DNA of 64,000 nucleotides from Octopus vulgaris (lineage: Eukaryota): positions 2,046,001 through 2,110,000 of the forward strand of contig OX597827.1 of assembly GCA_951406725.2 (NCBI GenBank), in the 5' to 3' direction. The notes below the pieces were generated by a model. It saw only the letters and a list, made by a program, of their open reading frames with translations, did no database searches and was not told the origin of the DNA. Positions 15,005 to 29,799 of this stretch are shown here, in pieces (the stretch's first letter is position 1; each line of letters begins with the position of its first letter). The position numbers were made by a program, and so were the translations under genes.

Positions 15005-15290
15005 CGCACGTACGGCTGAGTGGTTAAAGAGCTTGCTTAGCAACCACTTAGTTTCGGGTTCAGTCCCTCAGCGTGGCAACTTGGGTAAGTGTCTTTCATT
15101 ATAGTCCTGTGAGTGAATTTCGTAGACGGAAACTGTGTGGAAGCCTATTTCATATGTATGTGTGTGTGTGTGTGTGTTTGTATTTGTCTCCCACGTTGCT
15201 TGACAGTTGATGTTGGTTTGTTTATTTCTTCTTAACATAGCGGTTCGGCAAAATTAACCGATGATATAAATACCAGATTAAATAAAATAC
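15005..15290 (+). mobile_element. CORE-like SINE
   Basis: ggctgagtggttaa...gggttcagtccc...cttgggtaagtgtct. Confidence 0.8.
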
Positions 15291-15384
15291 TGCGGTGAAT
15301 ATGTTCCATTAAACCCTTTAAGGTGGTTTCCAAACTCAGCTGCAGTCCGGCGAATGAAATAAGTTAGAGGTAATAGCGAAATGG

Positions 15385-16250
15385 ATATCATCATCATCAT
15401 TAACATCATCACTGGACTACAGGTACGTGCATCCAGCACAACAGGACACGTCGCAGATATATCCCTGTTTATTTCCTGTGCCATAAGTTCATCAGCTTTT
15501 TTTATTCACTGTCCTTCAGAATTTTGACCATTATTTTGGGGCAGTGTCCACGGTTCCTTGTCCTATGTATCAGTTATGGCAGTCTACATCAAGTAGTTAA
15601 GTTCGTTCGTCTTCGTGAGAGATGCATATGTCAGCAATGATAGTGGGTTGTTAAACTTATCGAAATTCGCTGCTATGATTGTGGTGTAAATTCAGCAAGT
15701 TGACTACATCTGTGTCCTGGCTATGGCTGCGCCGAAGACAAAATCTTTAATGACATTGCAACCGGCATTCTAATGAATTAGGCATCTGCTGACTCTATTG
15801 TATTTTCGTCAGTCAGCCCATTTACAGATTAAAACAAGTTTTTAATTTAACCACCAAGACTTAAATGGTCAGCTGTTTGCTGATGTCATAATTTCCTGAT
15901 AAAATCCTGTTATGGGGTTTACACATGCTTTCCGTCCGAATTTAATGATTCGGGTTCAATACCTAGGCAGTTAGTTGGTTTTTGAGACTCTGCCAGTTTT
16001 CCAACTACATAGCCATTCTTAGGTGATAATTTGGCTAAAGTGAGAGATATATACAAGTACCTCAGACAATTCAACCATCTTCTTACTAATTATCTGAAGG
16101 AAATCCTCGTTGACCAATTACTCTTCGATCACTTTCTGCGTCCAACTGAAGTTGAAGGACGTCAGGAGTTTCCATCCATATGCAGCACTCCTCGAGGGAG
16201 TTGGCCAGGGACCAAAATTTTATGGTCTTGTGCCCAAATAAGAAGTAATA
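15385..16250 (-). mobile_element. Highly decayed RTE-like LINE 3' region
   Basis: HRTRNRGHCPK..VKILKD / DELMAQEINRD, followed by a (GAT)n tail; upstream limit uncertain. Confidence 0.35.
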
Positions 16251-17653
16251 AATAGTATTTGCATTATGAAGTGCAGGGAGTCTGGCATATACAATATTAT
16301 GCCTTACATTATTTAAATCTATTATTTTTAGGTTTATGCTCAAATCCACCCCACACACACACTAAAGCAAAGTTTACTCTCCATCACCTACAAACTGCAT
16401 ACATAATGTTAGAAAATGTATTGGTATATATTTGAGTAGTAAAATCCATTATGCTCGTCATTCTTATAAAATAAAGTTTGGATTTTTGCCAACGAAAACA
16501 AACCATTATATAAAAACAAATGACAAAGACTTAGGTCGTGGCCAGGCCTGCTAGACATAGCAGCTATTTAGCTATTATATTTATCAAACTATACCATACT
16601 GTCTTAAGAAAAGAAGGGCGCATTGGTCAATGTAATCTTCTATATAAAAAGAAAGGACACAGATTTTGGTTTTTTAGACACTTAGTCACGGGAGGAAAGG
16701 TAGTGCTCTGCTTCTCACTAAGGCTTCCTTAACTGATGGAAAGAATTTATCCATAAACAGATAACCCCGGAATGAATATTCCGTCAAAGGCATTCTTGGA
16801 CCAGGGGTTGATGTTAACCTAGGATATAGGATTATATCTGTGTCAAGAACAGAAACAGCCTCTCCAACAGCTTTTCACAATGATTGTTTGTTTTTTGTTT
16901 TTTTTTTCAAATGAATTTCGCTCATTAGGCGTTCGTCAAACTGAGATCAACGTAGAAGATATTTGTTTTTGTTTCTGATGTCGTCAAATTTGGGGAATGC
17001 GTCGGACAGTAGGCCACTGCAACCGAATCTGCACCTTGATCATTGGTCTCGTTAGTCGGCTGAATTGGGGATTAAAAACCGGCAAAAGACAATAACAATA
17101 TTTTGTTAAGGTTATTTCTACAGATATTCAACACACATTATATCCAGCACTGATTTTTGCTACAGCGTTTCGTATCGAGACGTCAGATGTAAACAGAGAA
17201 TGTAATCGAAGACAAAAGCGGGTAATGAGTGCGTTGTTGCTCCTTCTTAAAGGTTTGTAGGTACGTGGAACTTCGTTATGCAGACACAACACACTATAAG
17301 GTATACTAAATGCTTTCATAAGTCAAATCTCACTCGAATTTATATACTTTACCATCCTTAAAACGAAGGAGAAAGTTGGAAAATGTAGTCCATGATACAA
17401 AATGTCCCGAGAAAATAAACTGACAGGATGAACACTAGTGGAACGCCTTTGATCATAAACTGTTTACTTAGAGCTGACCTGGGATTAAGCAACAACACAA
17501 ATGTGTGTGTTTATGTGAGCAGTATATGTGTGAGTGTGTGTATGTGTGTGTATGTGTGTTTGTATGTTTACATGCACTCATACCCATTCACTCGTAAAAG
17601 TGATCCAATGTAACAGCGTCCATTAGCTTACAGACATATACACATACAACCTT

Positions 17654-17692
<39 letters not shown>

Positions 17693-18837
17693 CGTATATA
17701 CACGCATACATTTATAAACACCTTACATACACGAGGCCAACAAAAGTATATTAAAGCTTATGTATATTCATCCAACACGGCACAGAAATACCAACCTCAA
17801 TAAAAACAACAAAGGCATTACATATTTTTCAATGGATGTGTTTTCATGCGTTTCTCTGATTTATTTTTGTTACTTGTAGAGTAACGTGGAGGAAAAAAAT
17901 TCGCTGAACACAAAAACGAATTGAATAAAAAAAAAAAAAAAGGAAAAGAAAGAAGGAATCGATTTTGAAATCATTTGATTAGCTATTGGTGAGTGGCTGT
18001 TGATTTTTTTAATCAAATTAACGTTAATATCTATCACATGGCGCTCGCATTCCTTCTGGCAGACGACGGTATCATGTCCGTAACATGTACGCTTAAACAT
18101 TGATTCTCGCAGTCAGTAGAAGCTAGTTTCATTCTTTCTTTCGCTCTTTCTTTCGCTCTTTCTCACAGGCATTTTCCCTCCTCTCTGTTCCCGCTTCCTG
18201 CTCTCTTTCTGATTTAACTTTTTTTTTTTTCATATGTAGACCAAATATCTCTACTGGCTAGTAAACATACGTTACGCACATGTGTGTGTGCGTGTGTGTG
18301 TGTGTGTGTATGCATGTATGCAAACACACACACAGATTATAAGCATGCTCTAACACTAACATATATGTACATACATGCATGTAAATAGTCAATATAAATG
18401 CACAGACGTACATGTAATATGATATACATGCGTTTACGTATACATGTCTGCATGTATGTATGAATACATGTATGTATGTATGAATGTATGTATGTATGTA
18501 TGTATGTATGTATGTATATATATGTATGTATATACAGATATAGATGTAGATATATGTGCACTTATATGCATATATGTATATATATAAGACAAGGTATAAA
18601 TAATAGTCATTACATATTTTCCTTTATTGTAGTAAAGTTGACCGACAGCTGTTTCCAGTTCTCATTATAGGTTCGTTAAATAATGGCAGATTTACAGAGT
18701 TGGCCCAGTGATCGGTTAAGAAAAACTGAATGACCTAAACAATGAATGCTACTTTCGTCTGTCATTTCTGGTTATAGATATGTTATGGATAGTGAAATAA
18801 GAAGATAAATCGCTAGCTGGTTGCTTAGTTGGTTAGT

Positions 18838-18921
<84 letters not shown>

Positions 18922-19242
18922 CAGATCGTCTATGTATATGTATGTGTGCATATGTACATAATTGTGTGCATTTATGCATGTGTGCGTGTGTATGCGCACA
19001 TATGCATATATATGTTTTTTTTATCTTCGAATTGTTTCACTCATTAGACTGCGACCTTGCTGGGGCATTTTCTTTAATAATTTTAGTCGAACATATCAAG
19101 CCCTAGTTTCTATTCTTTTTCTAATCTTGGTACTTATTGTATCGGCTTCTTCTGTCAAACTGCAGGATGCGGGGACGCAAACAGACTCACACCGGTCAAG
19201 TGGTGGTGGGGAACAAGCACAGACACAAAGACACGCAAACAT

Positions 19243-19300
<58 letters not shown>

Positions 19301-19567
19301 CTCTGAGCAAGGTATAAACAGTAGCTGCACGACATTGTGAAGTATATTTGCCACTTAAATGTGGCTAACCTTTAAGAGTAGATGCTACTGCAGCTTGTAG
19401 CCCCAGGAAGACACTTCCTCCAGCTGGCTATGGACAAACTTCTCAGTATTTGCACAGGGAAGCTATCCATCCCATCTCCAACCTGACGTTGAGTATATCA
19501 TTATCGGTAAGTACTTTATCGATTGCACCCTTAATAATTTATAAAAGTGTGTTACCGTTTATCGTTC

Positions 19568-19967
19568 ACTTGTTTCAGTCATTAGACTGCGGCCATGCTG
19601 GGGCACTACTTTGAAGAATTTTTAGTCAAATGAATTGACCCTAGTACTTAAATTTTTAAGCCTGGAACTTATTCTATTGGTCCCTTGTGCCAGACCGCTA
19701 AATTACGGGGACATAAACACACCAACACCGGTGGTGGGGGACAAATGGTGTTGGGGGACAAACTGTGTTGGGAGATAAACAGACACGCACTCTCACACAC
19801 ATGCTCATACGACAGGCTTCTTTCAGTTTCCACCTACCAAATCCACCCACAGCGCTTTGCTTGACCCGAGACTATAGTAGAAGACACTTGCCCAAGGTGC
19901 CACGCAATAGGATTGAGCCACGAATCATGTGGTTCGAAACGAAACTTCTTGCCCAAAAGCCACGCCG
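19568..19967 (-). mobile_element. CORE-like SINE
   Basis: Full-length diverged copy; a partial copy at ~19030-19240. Confidence 0.8.
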
Positions 19968-20353
19968 TGGTATGTTAAAAATGATTTGGCTACTATTTCT
20001 AGCAAAGACTGGCTATCACAGGCAGGCTCTAGCGTTGGTTCAGGGTAGTTTTCTTGAATAAATGTCACCGTTGTGTATACTGAGTGACTATCACTAATGA
20101 GGACAGAAAGAAATGAGTTGGGAAGAATATGTAAGATATATATACATATATATAATGTAGAATAATACTTGTAATTTTTGAATTAAAGATCCACATCATA
20201 TATAAATACATACACACATCCATGCATACGAGCATACACATGCAACCCCGGTCACATACGCATGCACGTACATGCACACAAAAACATACATATGTGTCCA
20301 TATATATATACACATATATATATGTATATACATACACACACAAACATCTAGAT

Positions 20354-20385
<32 letters not shown>

Positions 20386-20522
20386 AGAAAGAGAAAACAG
20401 AACGAAAGATAGATAGCTATAGATATAAATATATGTGGATAGAGATAGATAGACACCTATAACTATAGATATATGTACATATGTAAATATAATATAATAT
20501 ATATATATATATATATAATTTG

Positions 20523-20594
<72 letters not shown>

Positions 20595-21050
20595 ACATAT
20601 ACGCACACGCAAACACACACATATATATATAATATAAAATATATATACGCATGCACACATGCACACACACACAGATATGTGTGTGTGTGTGTGTTTTTTT
20701 TACCCACATATACACACATACCAAATATGCGTCCAATAATCAATTTATAATTAGAGTAAGTTGGAAGAAAAAACAGGTGTTTTTTCTACACTTCCACACC
20801 CATCCACACCAAAATCATTGGAAAAATTACTTTGAGTGCATGAACCTTGAAAACCGATATACATACATCTAAGTATAAATATCTATGTGTGTATGTGCGT
20901 ATTTATATATACTTATACACACACACGCACCCATAAACACGCATGAACACACATGTACTCATGTATGCAAATGTGTATGTATATAGGCTCTCTCTTCCCC
21001 TCGCTCTACACACACACATATGTGTATATATTTATTAAGCACATATATAG

Positions 21051-21087
<37 letters not shown>

Positions 21088-21365
21088 TATGTATATCTAT
21101 ATATACACACATATAGTGATGTATTTGTGTATATATGTATGTATGTATCTCTCTCTCTCTCTCTCTTTCTATCTATCTATATATCTATATATATATATGC
21201 ACACATACATTTATATATATATATATATTTATGTATACTTGATATCTGCTTGTCTATATAGTTCTCTCTGTCTCTGTCTCTCTCTGTCTCTCTGTCTCTC
21301 TCTGTGTGTCTCTCTCTCTCTCTCTGTATATATATCTATATATATATATATATATATATACAACG

Positions 21366-21444
<79 letters not shown>

Positions 21445-21904
21445 GTGAGAAGGAGAGAGAGAGAGAGGCAGATACATATATACATGCATACATACGTAAA
21501 TAAATGCCTGCGTGTTTGTAGGTGTGAATGTGTTTGTGTGTTTGTTTGTTTATGTGAGTGTGCACGCGCGAGCCAAAATCTCTGACATTCTTACTTTCTT
21601 TATTCTGTGTAAAGCACTTCCAGTTTCGATTGCCAGTGTTTCGCACTTTGTCTGGCAGACGCATGTAGTGGGCGAGGAGGACATATTCAAGTTTGATGTC
21701 ATAGCTGTGAAATCGTGGAGACCGTAACAGAGAAGAACTCGTTGTGTGACGATGATGTGGTCTTCAGTTCTTCAACGTAGGACAAATGGCATGATGGTCC
21801 CGGCTGGGACACCTCTGGTCGTAGGTCTGTCAACTTGACAACAACAATAACAATAACAGTGCCAGCAACAACAATAGCAACAGAACAACAACAAAACAAG
21901 AATA

Positions 21905-22268
21905 ATAAGAACACTCAGAGAGAGCGTAAACCTCTACCAAGGCAACACCAACGTCCTCTCAACGATTAGCCAGAGAGGATTTTTAAAATGAGAACATCTG
22001 AAATAAACTCGACTCTTCCCACAAACGAGAATACTAAAAATGAACCCGACTGCTCTCAAAAATTAAGTATAAAAAAAAGGGAAAATAATCCAGAATCCTT
22101 GTCCGGAAATGGATTGATCCCAAAATTTAATCAGTTCGTGCAAGTCACGAGGCCAAACATCCCTGAAAGTTTCATCCGAATCCATCTCGCGGTTCTTGAG
22201 ATATCTTGTCCACAGACAAACAAACCTCACAGAAAACAATACTTCCGCCTTCGCTACGGCAGATGTAA
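21905..22268 (-). mobile_element. Helentron-associated non-autonomous element (HINE/DINE-1-like)
   Basis: Terminal hairpin tacttccgcc..ggcagatgta, related subterminal repeat acctctaccaagg at the other end next to a small stem-loop, internal tgtttgtctgt microsatellite; sits in an (AAC)n tract. Confidence 0.7.
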
Positions 22269-22409
22269 CAACAATAATAACAGCAAAAATAACAACAATG
22301 ATAACAACAACAATAGCAAAAACACCAACACCACAACTACCACCACCACCAACAACAAAAACATCGAGAATAACAGCAACAACAAAAATAAAAACAACTG
22401 TAGCAGAGG

Positions 22410-23078
22410 TTTCAAATTTTGGCACAAGGCCAGCAAATTCGGAGGAGTAGATAAGTCAATTCCATCGACGACTCCCAATACTTAATTGGTACTTATTTCA
22501 TCGACTCCAGAAGGATGAAAGGTGAAGTTGACCTCAGCAGAATTTGAACTCAAAATATAAAGACCAACAAAACGGCACTGAATATTTTGCCCGGCATGCT
22601 AAAGATTCTGCCAGCTCACCGCTTTATTGTGCAGACAGATATTGGTTTCAAATTTTGCCACAAGGCCAGCAAGCTCGTTGGAAGGGGTTAAGTTGATTAC
22701 ATCGACCCCCATTAATCAACTGGTACTTATTTCATCGAATCCGAAAGGATGAAGGGCAACGTCGATCTCCGTGGGATTTCGAACTCAGTCTTAAAGACGA
22801 ACGAAATGCCGCTAAGCCTTTGCCTGGCACGTTATCCATTCAGCCAGCGCACCGCAATATTGTTTTCTGTTTTTAGCACAAGGCCAGCAAGTTCGGAGTT
22901 GGGGACTATTCAGTTATATCGACCCCCAATACTCATCTGGTACTTATTTTATCGACTCCCGAAAGGATGTAAAAGAAAGTCGACCTCGGCGGAATTTGAA
23001 CTCAGGACGTAAAGGCGGATGAAGTGCCATTAAGCAATTCGCTCACAGCGCTAACAGTTCTGCCAGTTCGCCGCCTTT
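22410..23078 (-). mobile_element. Head-to-tail trimer of Meta-like SINE
   Basis: Three units beginning (tttcaaatttt)ggcacaaggccagcaa at ~22410, ~22645 and ~22870. Confidence 0.85.
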
Positions 23079-23452
23079 AGCCAAAACGTTAATAACAACA
23101 ACAATATCACAGCCATCACCATCAAAACCACCACCACCACCACCACCCACAACAACAATAACAACAAAATCAATAACATCAATTCTACAAGCAACAACAA
23201 CAACAACAGCATTCTTTTACATGTTTCAGTCATTTGACTGTGACCATGCTGGAGCACCGCCTTAAAAGTTTTCAGTCAAACAAATCAACCCAGGATTTAT
23301 ACTTTGTAAGACGAATACTTTTTCTATCGGTCTCTTTGCTGAACCACTAAGTTACAGGGGCGTATACACACCAATATCGGTTGTCAAGCGATGGGGTGGA
23401 GACAAACATACACAAACACACATATAAATATACATACACACATACATATATG

Positions 23453-23485
<33 letters not shown>

Positions 23486-23581
23486 TTGTTGTTATTTTTG
23501 CTGTTATTATTGTTGTAAAAATCTACCTAGACACATGACTTCACAGCTAGAAACTGCTAGAAGCTCGTGTGCACCAAATGA

Positions 23582-23623
<42 letters not shown>

Positions 23624-23836
23624 TATATAGCGAAAGAAGAAGAGAGAGAGACTGAGTGAAAGGGAGAGAGAGATGTATGTATCCTGATATCGAGCGACAT
23701 TTTTTTGCAAATTAAAAAAAAAAAATAAATAATCGAAATTATAAAGAAAGAGAAAAGTGCACCGAACTAAACACTCGAGCAAATTTCATTGTCTCACCTA
23801 CTTTAGAGACAATAAAAATAATAATAATGATAATAA

Positions 23837-23889
<53 letters not shown>

Positions 23890-24473
23890 AAAATAATAAT
23901 GATGATGATGAAGAAGAAGAAGAAGAAGAAGAAGAATGGAATACAGATGTGGAAAGGAGGGGTGACGGTGAGGAGGGGAAGCGGCGAAAACGATGACAAA
24001 GAAGAGTAGGAGAGGAATTGTGGCAATGATAACGAGGGGGATGGCGACGGTGACGATGTTAATGACGTCGATGATGATGATGATGACAATGGTGGTGATG
24101 ATGGTGATAATAATGATGATGATGAGGGGGAGGAAGTGAAGGAGAAAGGATGGTGTTGATGATGATTATGATGATGACTATGATGACGATGATGACTATG
24201 ATGATGATGATTGTCTATAATGAAAAGCAAACACGGGTGTCTTGTGTTTGTAATTTTCTCCTGTTCAATCCGTGGATAATCTATTTTCCATGTTTCTGAA
24301 GATGGATTATAAATCTGATTAAAATAGGAAAAAAAGAGGAGATTATTGAGACTCAAAGATAACTGTCAATCAATTGTATTCTTTCAGTTCGCATGCACAC
24401 ACACACACATACTGTAACAACCGCACATGTATACACACATATATACGCATACACATACACACATACACTCATA

Positions 24474-24512
<39 letters not shown>

Positions 24513-24638
24513 ATATATATATATGGTTTATAAGTCTCTGTGTGTATATATGCATACATATGCGTACGTGCGACTGTATATAAGCATATGTACGTATAAA
24601 AACTTCTGTGCCTATCTGCCTGTCTATCTGTTTGTCTT

Positions 24639-24711
<73 letters not shown>

Positions 24712-24750
24712 TTCCTTGCATATAGACAAATAAATACATATATGTGTGTG

Positions 24751-24788
<38 letters not shown>

Positions 24789-26225
24789 TACATGCATAGA
24801 TATATGTATATGTTTATAAATATGCACACACACACAGACACACACAAACACGCACACACACACACACGTATATAAACGTACATACCTAAGATATGCGATT
24901 GCGTCAACTGAAATGCTAGTCTTTTTGTTTATGAAAGTACATAAATTTTCATTCACACTGATAAGTACACAGAGTAAATAATATAAATAATATATAAGCC
25001 AGCAGTGTACTATACAGAATCACGTGTTCAGTGGCCAGATTTGCTCACACGAACGACATATATGTTCATGTATACAGGTACACATCATGTCGTCCGTCTT
25101 TTGAAGGCGGTGAGCTGGCAGAAACGTTAGCACGCCGGGCGAAATGCGTAGTCGTATTTCGTCTGTCGTTACGTTCTGAGTTCAAATTCTGCCGAGGTCA
25201 ACTTTGCCTTTCATCCTTTCGGGGTGGATTAAATAAGTACCAGTTACGCACTGGGGTCGATGTAATCGATTTAATCCGTTCGTCTGTCCTTGTTTGTCCC
25301 CTCTGTGTTTAGCCTTGCAGAACTTCCCCGGAAACTACGTTAAGTGTACGAGTGTCTGTGAAGTACATAACCACTTTCACGCTAATTACATGAGCTGGCT
25401 TTTCCGTTGATCGGATCAAGTGCTATCCCCGTCGTCACCACCGACGGATTGCCAGTTGGATATATGCGTCACGGGATTTCTCCTGTATATTTTATATTTT
25501 ACGTTTCACTCATTGGATAGGAGCCATGCTGGAGCACCATCTTGACAGGTTTAGTCGAGCAAATCATGGCCAGTACTTATGTTCCTTTATGTGTAGAACT
25601 TATTCTATCAATCTCTTGTGCTAAAATATATGTGTGTGTATACACACACACACACACACACATACATATATGTATATATATATATATATATATTCAAAGA
25701 AATATGCGTACAGATGTTTATAGAAGGATTACAGGAAATAATAGTGGCAGTGGTTGTGGTGGTGGTGGTGGTGGTGTTTTTGGTGGTGATGACAGTGGTG
25801 GTGATGGCAGTGGTGGCGGTGGTGGTGGTGGTGGTGGTGGTGGTGGTGGTAATGGTAGTAGTGGTGAGTGTAGTTGGAGAATTTTGTTGCATGGTGGTTG
25901 CGAAATTAATAATAGATTAACATGAGAATGTTGATTCCATATCCTTGAGACTTAAACGCAGGAAGGAAGTGTGCGTTAATGAACAACACTGTTTTATGAG
26001 TTCCAAGTTTGGAACTGGGATCGCTATAGCAGACTTACAAAAATATCAAATTTACGTTTGTTTTTTTTTTTAAAGAAAAAGACTGCCATTCTGAAGAACA
26101 GAACCACTTTGGAAGTTTTTGCAAAAGTCATTCAATACTTTGTTTATCTTTTGTTTTACTTCTGTATTTTTTTTTCTTTTCTCTTTTATTTGTTTCAGTC
26201 ATCGGACAGCAGCTATGCTTAAGTA

Positions 26226-26273
<48 letters not shown>

Positions 26274-26279
26274 TTTTTC

Positions 26280-26836
26280 TTTCTTTACTGCCCACAAAGG
26301 CAAAGTCGACCTCGGCGGAATTTGAACTCAGATCACAGCGACAGACGAAGTATCTATTTCTTTACTGCCCACAAGGGGCTAAACACAGAAGGGACAAACA
26401 AGGACAGACATAGGTATTAAGTCGATTACATCGACCCCAGTGCGTAACTGGTACTTAATTTATCGACCCCGAAAGGATGAAAGGCAAAGTCGACCTCGGC
26501 GGAATTTGAACTCACAACGTAACGCAGACGAAATACCGCTAAGCATTTCGCCCAGCGTGCTAACGTTTCTGCCAGCTCGCCGCCTTCAGGTAATATTACG
26601 TCTGATTAAGGTGGCGGTCTGACAGAATTGTGAGTATTCCAGGGAAAATGCCTGGCGGCATTTCGTCCTTCTGTATGTTCTGAGCTGAAATTCCGCCGAA
26701 GTCGACTTTGTTTTACATTCTTTTGGGTTCGGTATTATAGGTACCAGTTCAACACTGGGGTCGATGTAATCGACTTATCTCAACCCCGATCTTACTGGCC
26801 TTGTGCCAAAATTTGAAATCAATATTACGCCTGATT
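26280..26836. mobile_element. Meta-like SINEs, head-to-head pair plus deleted copy
   Basis: Minus copies 26280-26350 and 26354-26586; plus copy 26608-26820 with TSD AATATTACG(T/C)CTGATT. Confidence 0.85.
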
Positions 26837-27332
26837 GACGTAAGGTAATACGTACACACAGTCAGTGCTCAAGCCGACTTGCCTAAACTCCTACTTGAAT
26901 TCTCCTTAAAAATGCACGGATGTCATAACTGTCTAATGATGACTGGCTATCAGCAGTGTTTAAATCGTGCAGGTAAATATATATAAGGGAATAAAGTATA
27001 AAGAGGAAAACAGCTGGTAACAGATTAGATGATATTAGTTGAGTATTTAAACATTGACATAGCATAAGATTGCAATTCAATATTACATGAGTTTAGAACA
27101 CGTGAGGTCGATAAAATGTCACTCGAAGAATATTCATAATGCTTAGAGTTTAAGCTAACATTTCATAACAGTTACACAGTAAGTCCGAATTATTGGTATT
27201 TGGTAAAGCTGGTCATCGTGGGTAGAATCCAGAGCTGGATAACAAAAGAGAAGGAAGGAAGACAGAAGGTGAGCAGATAGTCTCTTACAGCCATTTCAAG
27301 AACAGATGAGCAGATAGTCTCTTTTACTCCCT

Positions 27333-27542
27333 TTTACTCTTTTACTTGTTTCATTTATTTGACTGTGGCCATGCTAGAGCACCGCCTTTAGTCGAGCAAA
27401 TCGACCCCCAGGACTTATTCTTTGTAAGCCTAGTACTTATTCTATCGGTCTCTTTGGCCGAACCGCTAAGGTACGGGGACGTAAACACACCAGCATCGGT
27501 TGTCAAGCGATGTTGGGGGACAAACACAGACACACAAACACA

Positions 27543-27583
<41 letters not shown>

Positions 27584-27746
27584 CATATATACGACGGGCT
27601 TCTTTCAGTTTCTGTCTACCAAATCCACTCACAAGGCTTTGGTCAGCCCAAGGCTATAGTAGAAGACACTTGCCCAAGTTGCCACGCAGTGGGACTGAAC
27701 CCGGAACCATATGGTTCGTAAGCAAGCTACTTACCACACAGCCACT
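27333..27746 (-). mobile_element. CORE-like SINE, full length
   Basis: Same family as 2080-2466; partial copies at 23215-23450, 28222-28435, 32715-32910 and 36630-36770. Confidence 0.9.
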
Positions 27747-28459
27747 CTATAGCTATTTCAAGACTAGATGTGCAGATGGTGCGTTTCTCTACGGACGATC
27801 GGCGGCCAACATAGCAACTATGTTTAAAACATCTGCACATCTATATTTGAAGCATCTGTAAGAGACTATCAGCACACTTCCTTCCTTCCTTCTTTCTTTC
27901 CTTCCTTCCTTCCTTCTTTCCTTCCTTCCTTACTTCCTCTTTTCTTCTCATTCAGCTTCGGATTCTTCTTACGATGTCAAGCTTTACCTAATAGAAATAA
28001 TTTGGATTTAACGCTTAGCTGTCCTGTAAGTGATTAACATATACCACTCTGAACATTCCTTAACTGATCTTTTATTGATCTCATGTCTTATAAACTCCTA
28101 TAATATTCAATAGCAACTTTCAGCTACGTCAATGTTAAAATATATACAGATATAATGAACTGATCTGACACCAGTTGAAAGGATGTTTATACTTTTAGTC
28201 TGTTATATGTATATTCTTTTATTCTTTTACTTATCTCAGTCATTTGACTGCAGCCATGCTGGAGCACCGTCTTAAACGGTTTTCAAGTCGAAGAAATCAA
28301 CCCCAGGATTTATTATTTTTTTTTTGTAAGCCAAGTACTTATTTCATTGATCTCTTGCAAACAGCTAAGTTACAGAGACTTAAACACACCAACATCAATT
28401 GTCAAGCGATGGTGGTGTGACAACACAGACACACACATACACGTGTATATATATATATA

Positions 28460-29234
28460 CCGGGTGCGCTGGGCAAATTATCGCCATTTTGCATTTTTAA
28501 TTTCGCGTATGCGCATTGTCCGTCCCTGATTCTGTTGACTACTCAGTATAGTAGGATCAGTTAGGTATCGTCTTAGAAAAACGTCACCATTACGCAATTC
28601 ACTGCTTGGTATTCATGCTGCACTGCTTGGTATTCACGCCAGAAGCTCCAATACAAACATTTCAGAGTGTTTGGGTGTCAACCCGAGAACAGTGTAATCT
28701 GAGATGTACCGAAAGTGATCAATAGTGATGAAGAGGTTATGCCTCCATTCATCTTCCCACACAGCCTCAGACTCAACACAGAGGCTACATCAAGTGCCTG
28801 GAGGAGGTAGTGCTGCCCTGGGTGAAGAGGGTGGCTACTGGAAGACCCTATGGTTGTCCGACAGTTCTGCGATCGCATCACCCTAACATCTGGTTATATA
28901 ACTCCCCAGATTGCATCCCCCTTCATTATTATGTGTGGGATACAGCTGAGCGATAGACCAGCAAAACTCTTTGTAACACCAAAGATGAATAAGAGGCAAG
29001 GATTATGGCAGCATTCACCATCTTCAGTGAGGATACCGTCCAAAAGAGTTTCAGGAGATTCCGAAGTTGCCTGGAGGCACTGGTTGAAGCCAATGGCGAT
29101 TTTATTGAATAAATTAACTCTTTAGTATTTCAAGGTATTTTTATGTGATTTTGGTAAAGATATCTGTTAAAATGAAATGTCTGATATTTTCATTTGTACG
29201 TCATTTAGACGATAGTATATTCGCCGCAACTGTG
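28460..29234 (+). mobile_element. Tc1/mariner (probably DD37D/maT) transposon, internally deleted
   Basis: VMPPFIFPH.LRLNTE..YIKCLEEVVLPWVKRVA.GRPY, W..NSPDC.PL.YYVW, FRSCLEALVEANGDFIE*; degenerate TIRs in a TA context. Confidence 0.85.
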
Positions 29235-29275
29235 TATACACACACACACACGCACATATACATACATACATACAT

Positions 29276-29345
<70 letters not shown>

Positions 29346-29374
29346 GTTCCGAGTTCGATTCCAGGTAGTGACCC

Positions 29375-29427
<53 letters not shown>

Positions 29428-29430
29428 TTA

Positions 29431-29462
<32 letters not shown>

Positions 29463-29469
29463 GATGATA

Positions 29470-29781
<312 letters not shown>

Positions 29782-29799
29782 TGTAACGTATGGGTCTCA

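Noticed and set aside
23739-24356. 205-aa His/Ser/Thr-rich ORF
   Set aside because: Composite of trinucleotide repeats without splice or domain support.
27346-27861. 171-aa ORF and similar ORFs at 2240 and 4315 sharing DTCPRCHAVG
   Set aside because: Repeated peptides come from SINE copies, not a gene family.
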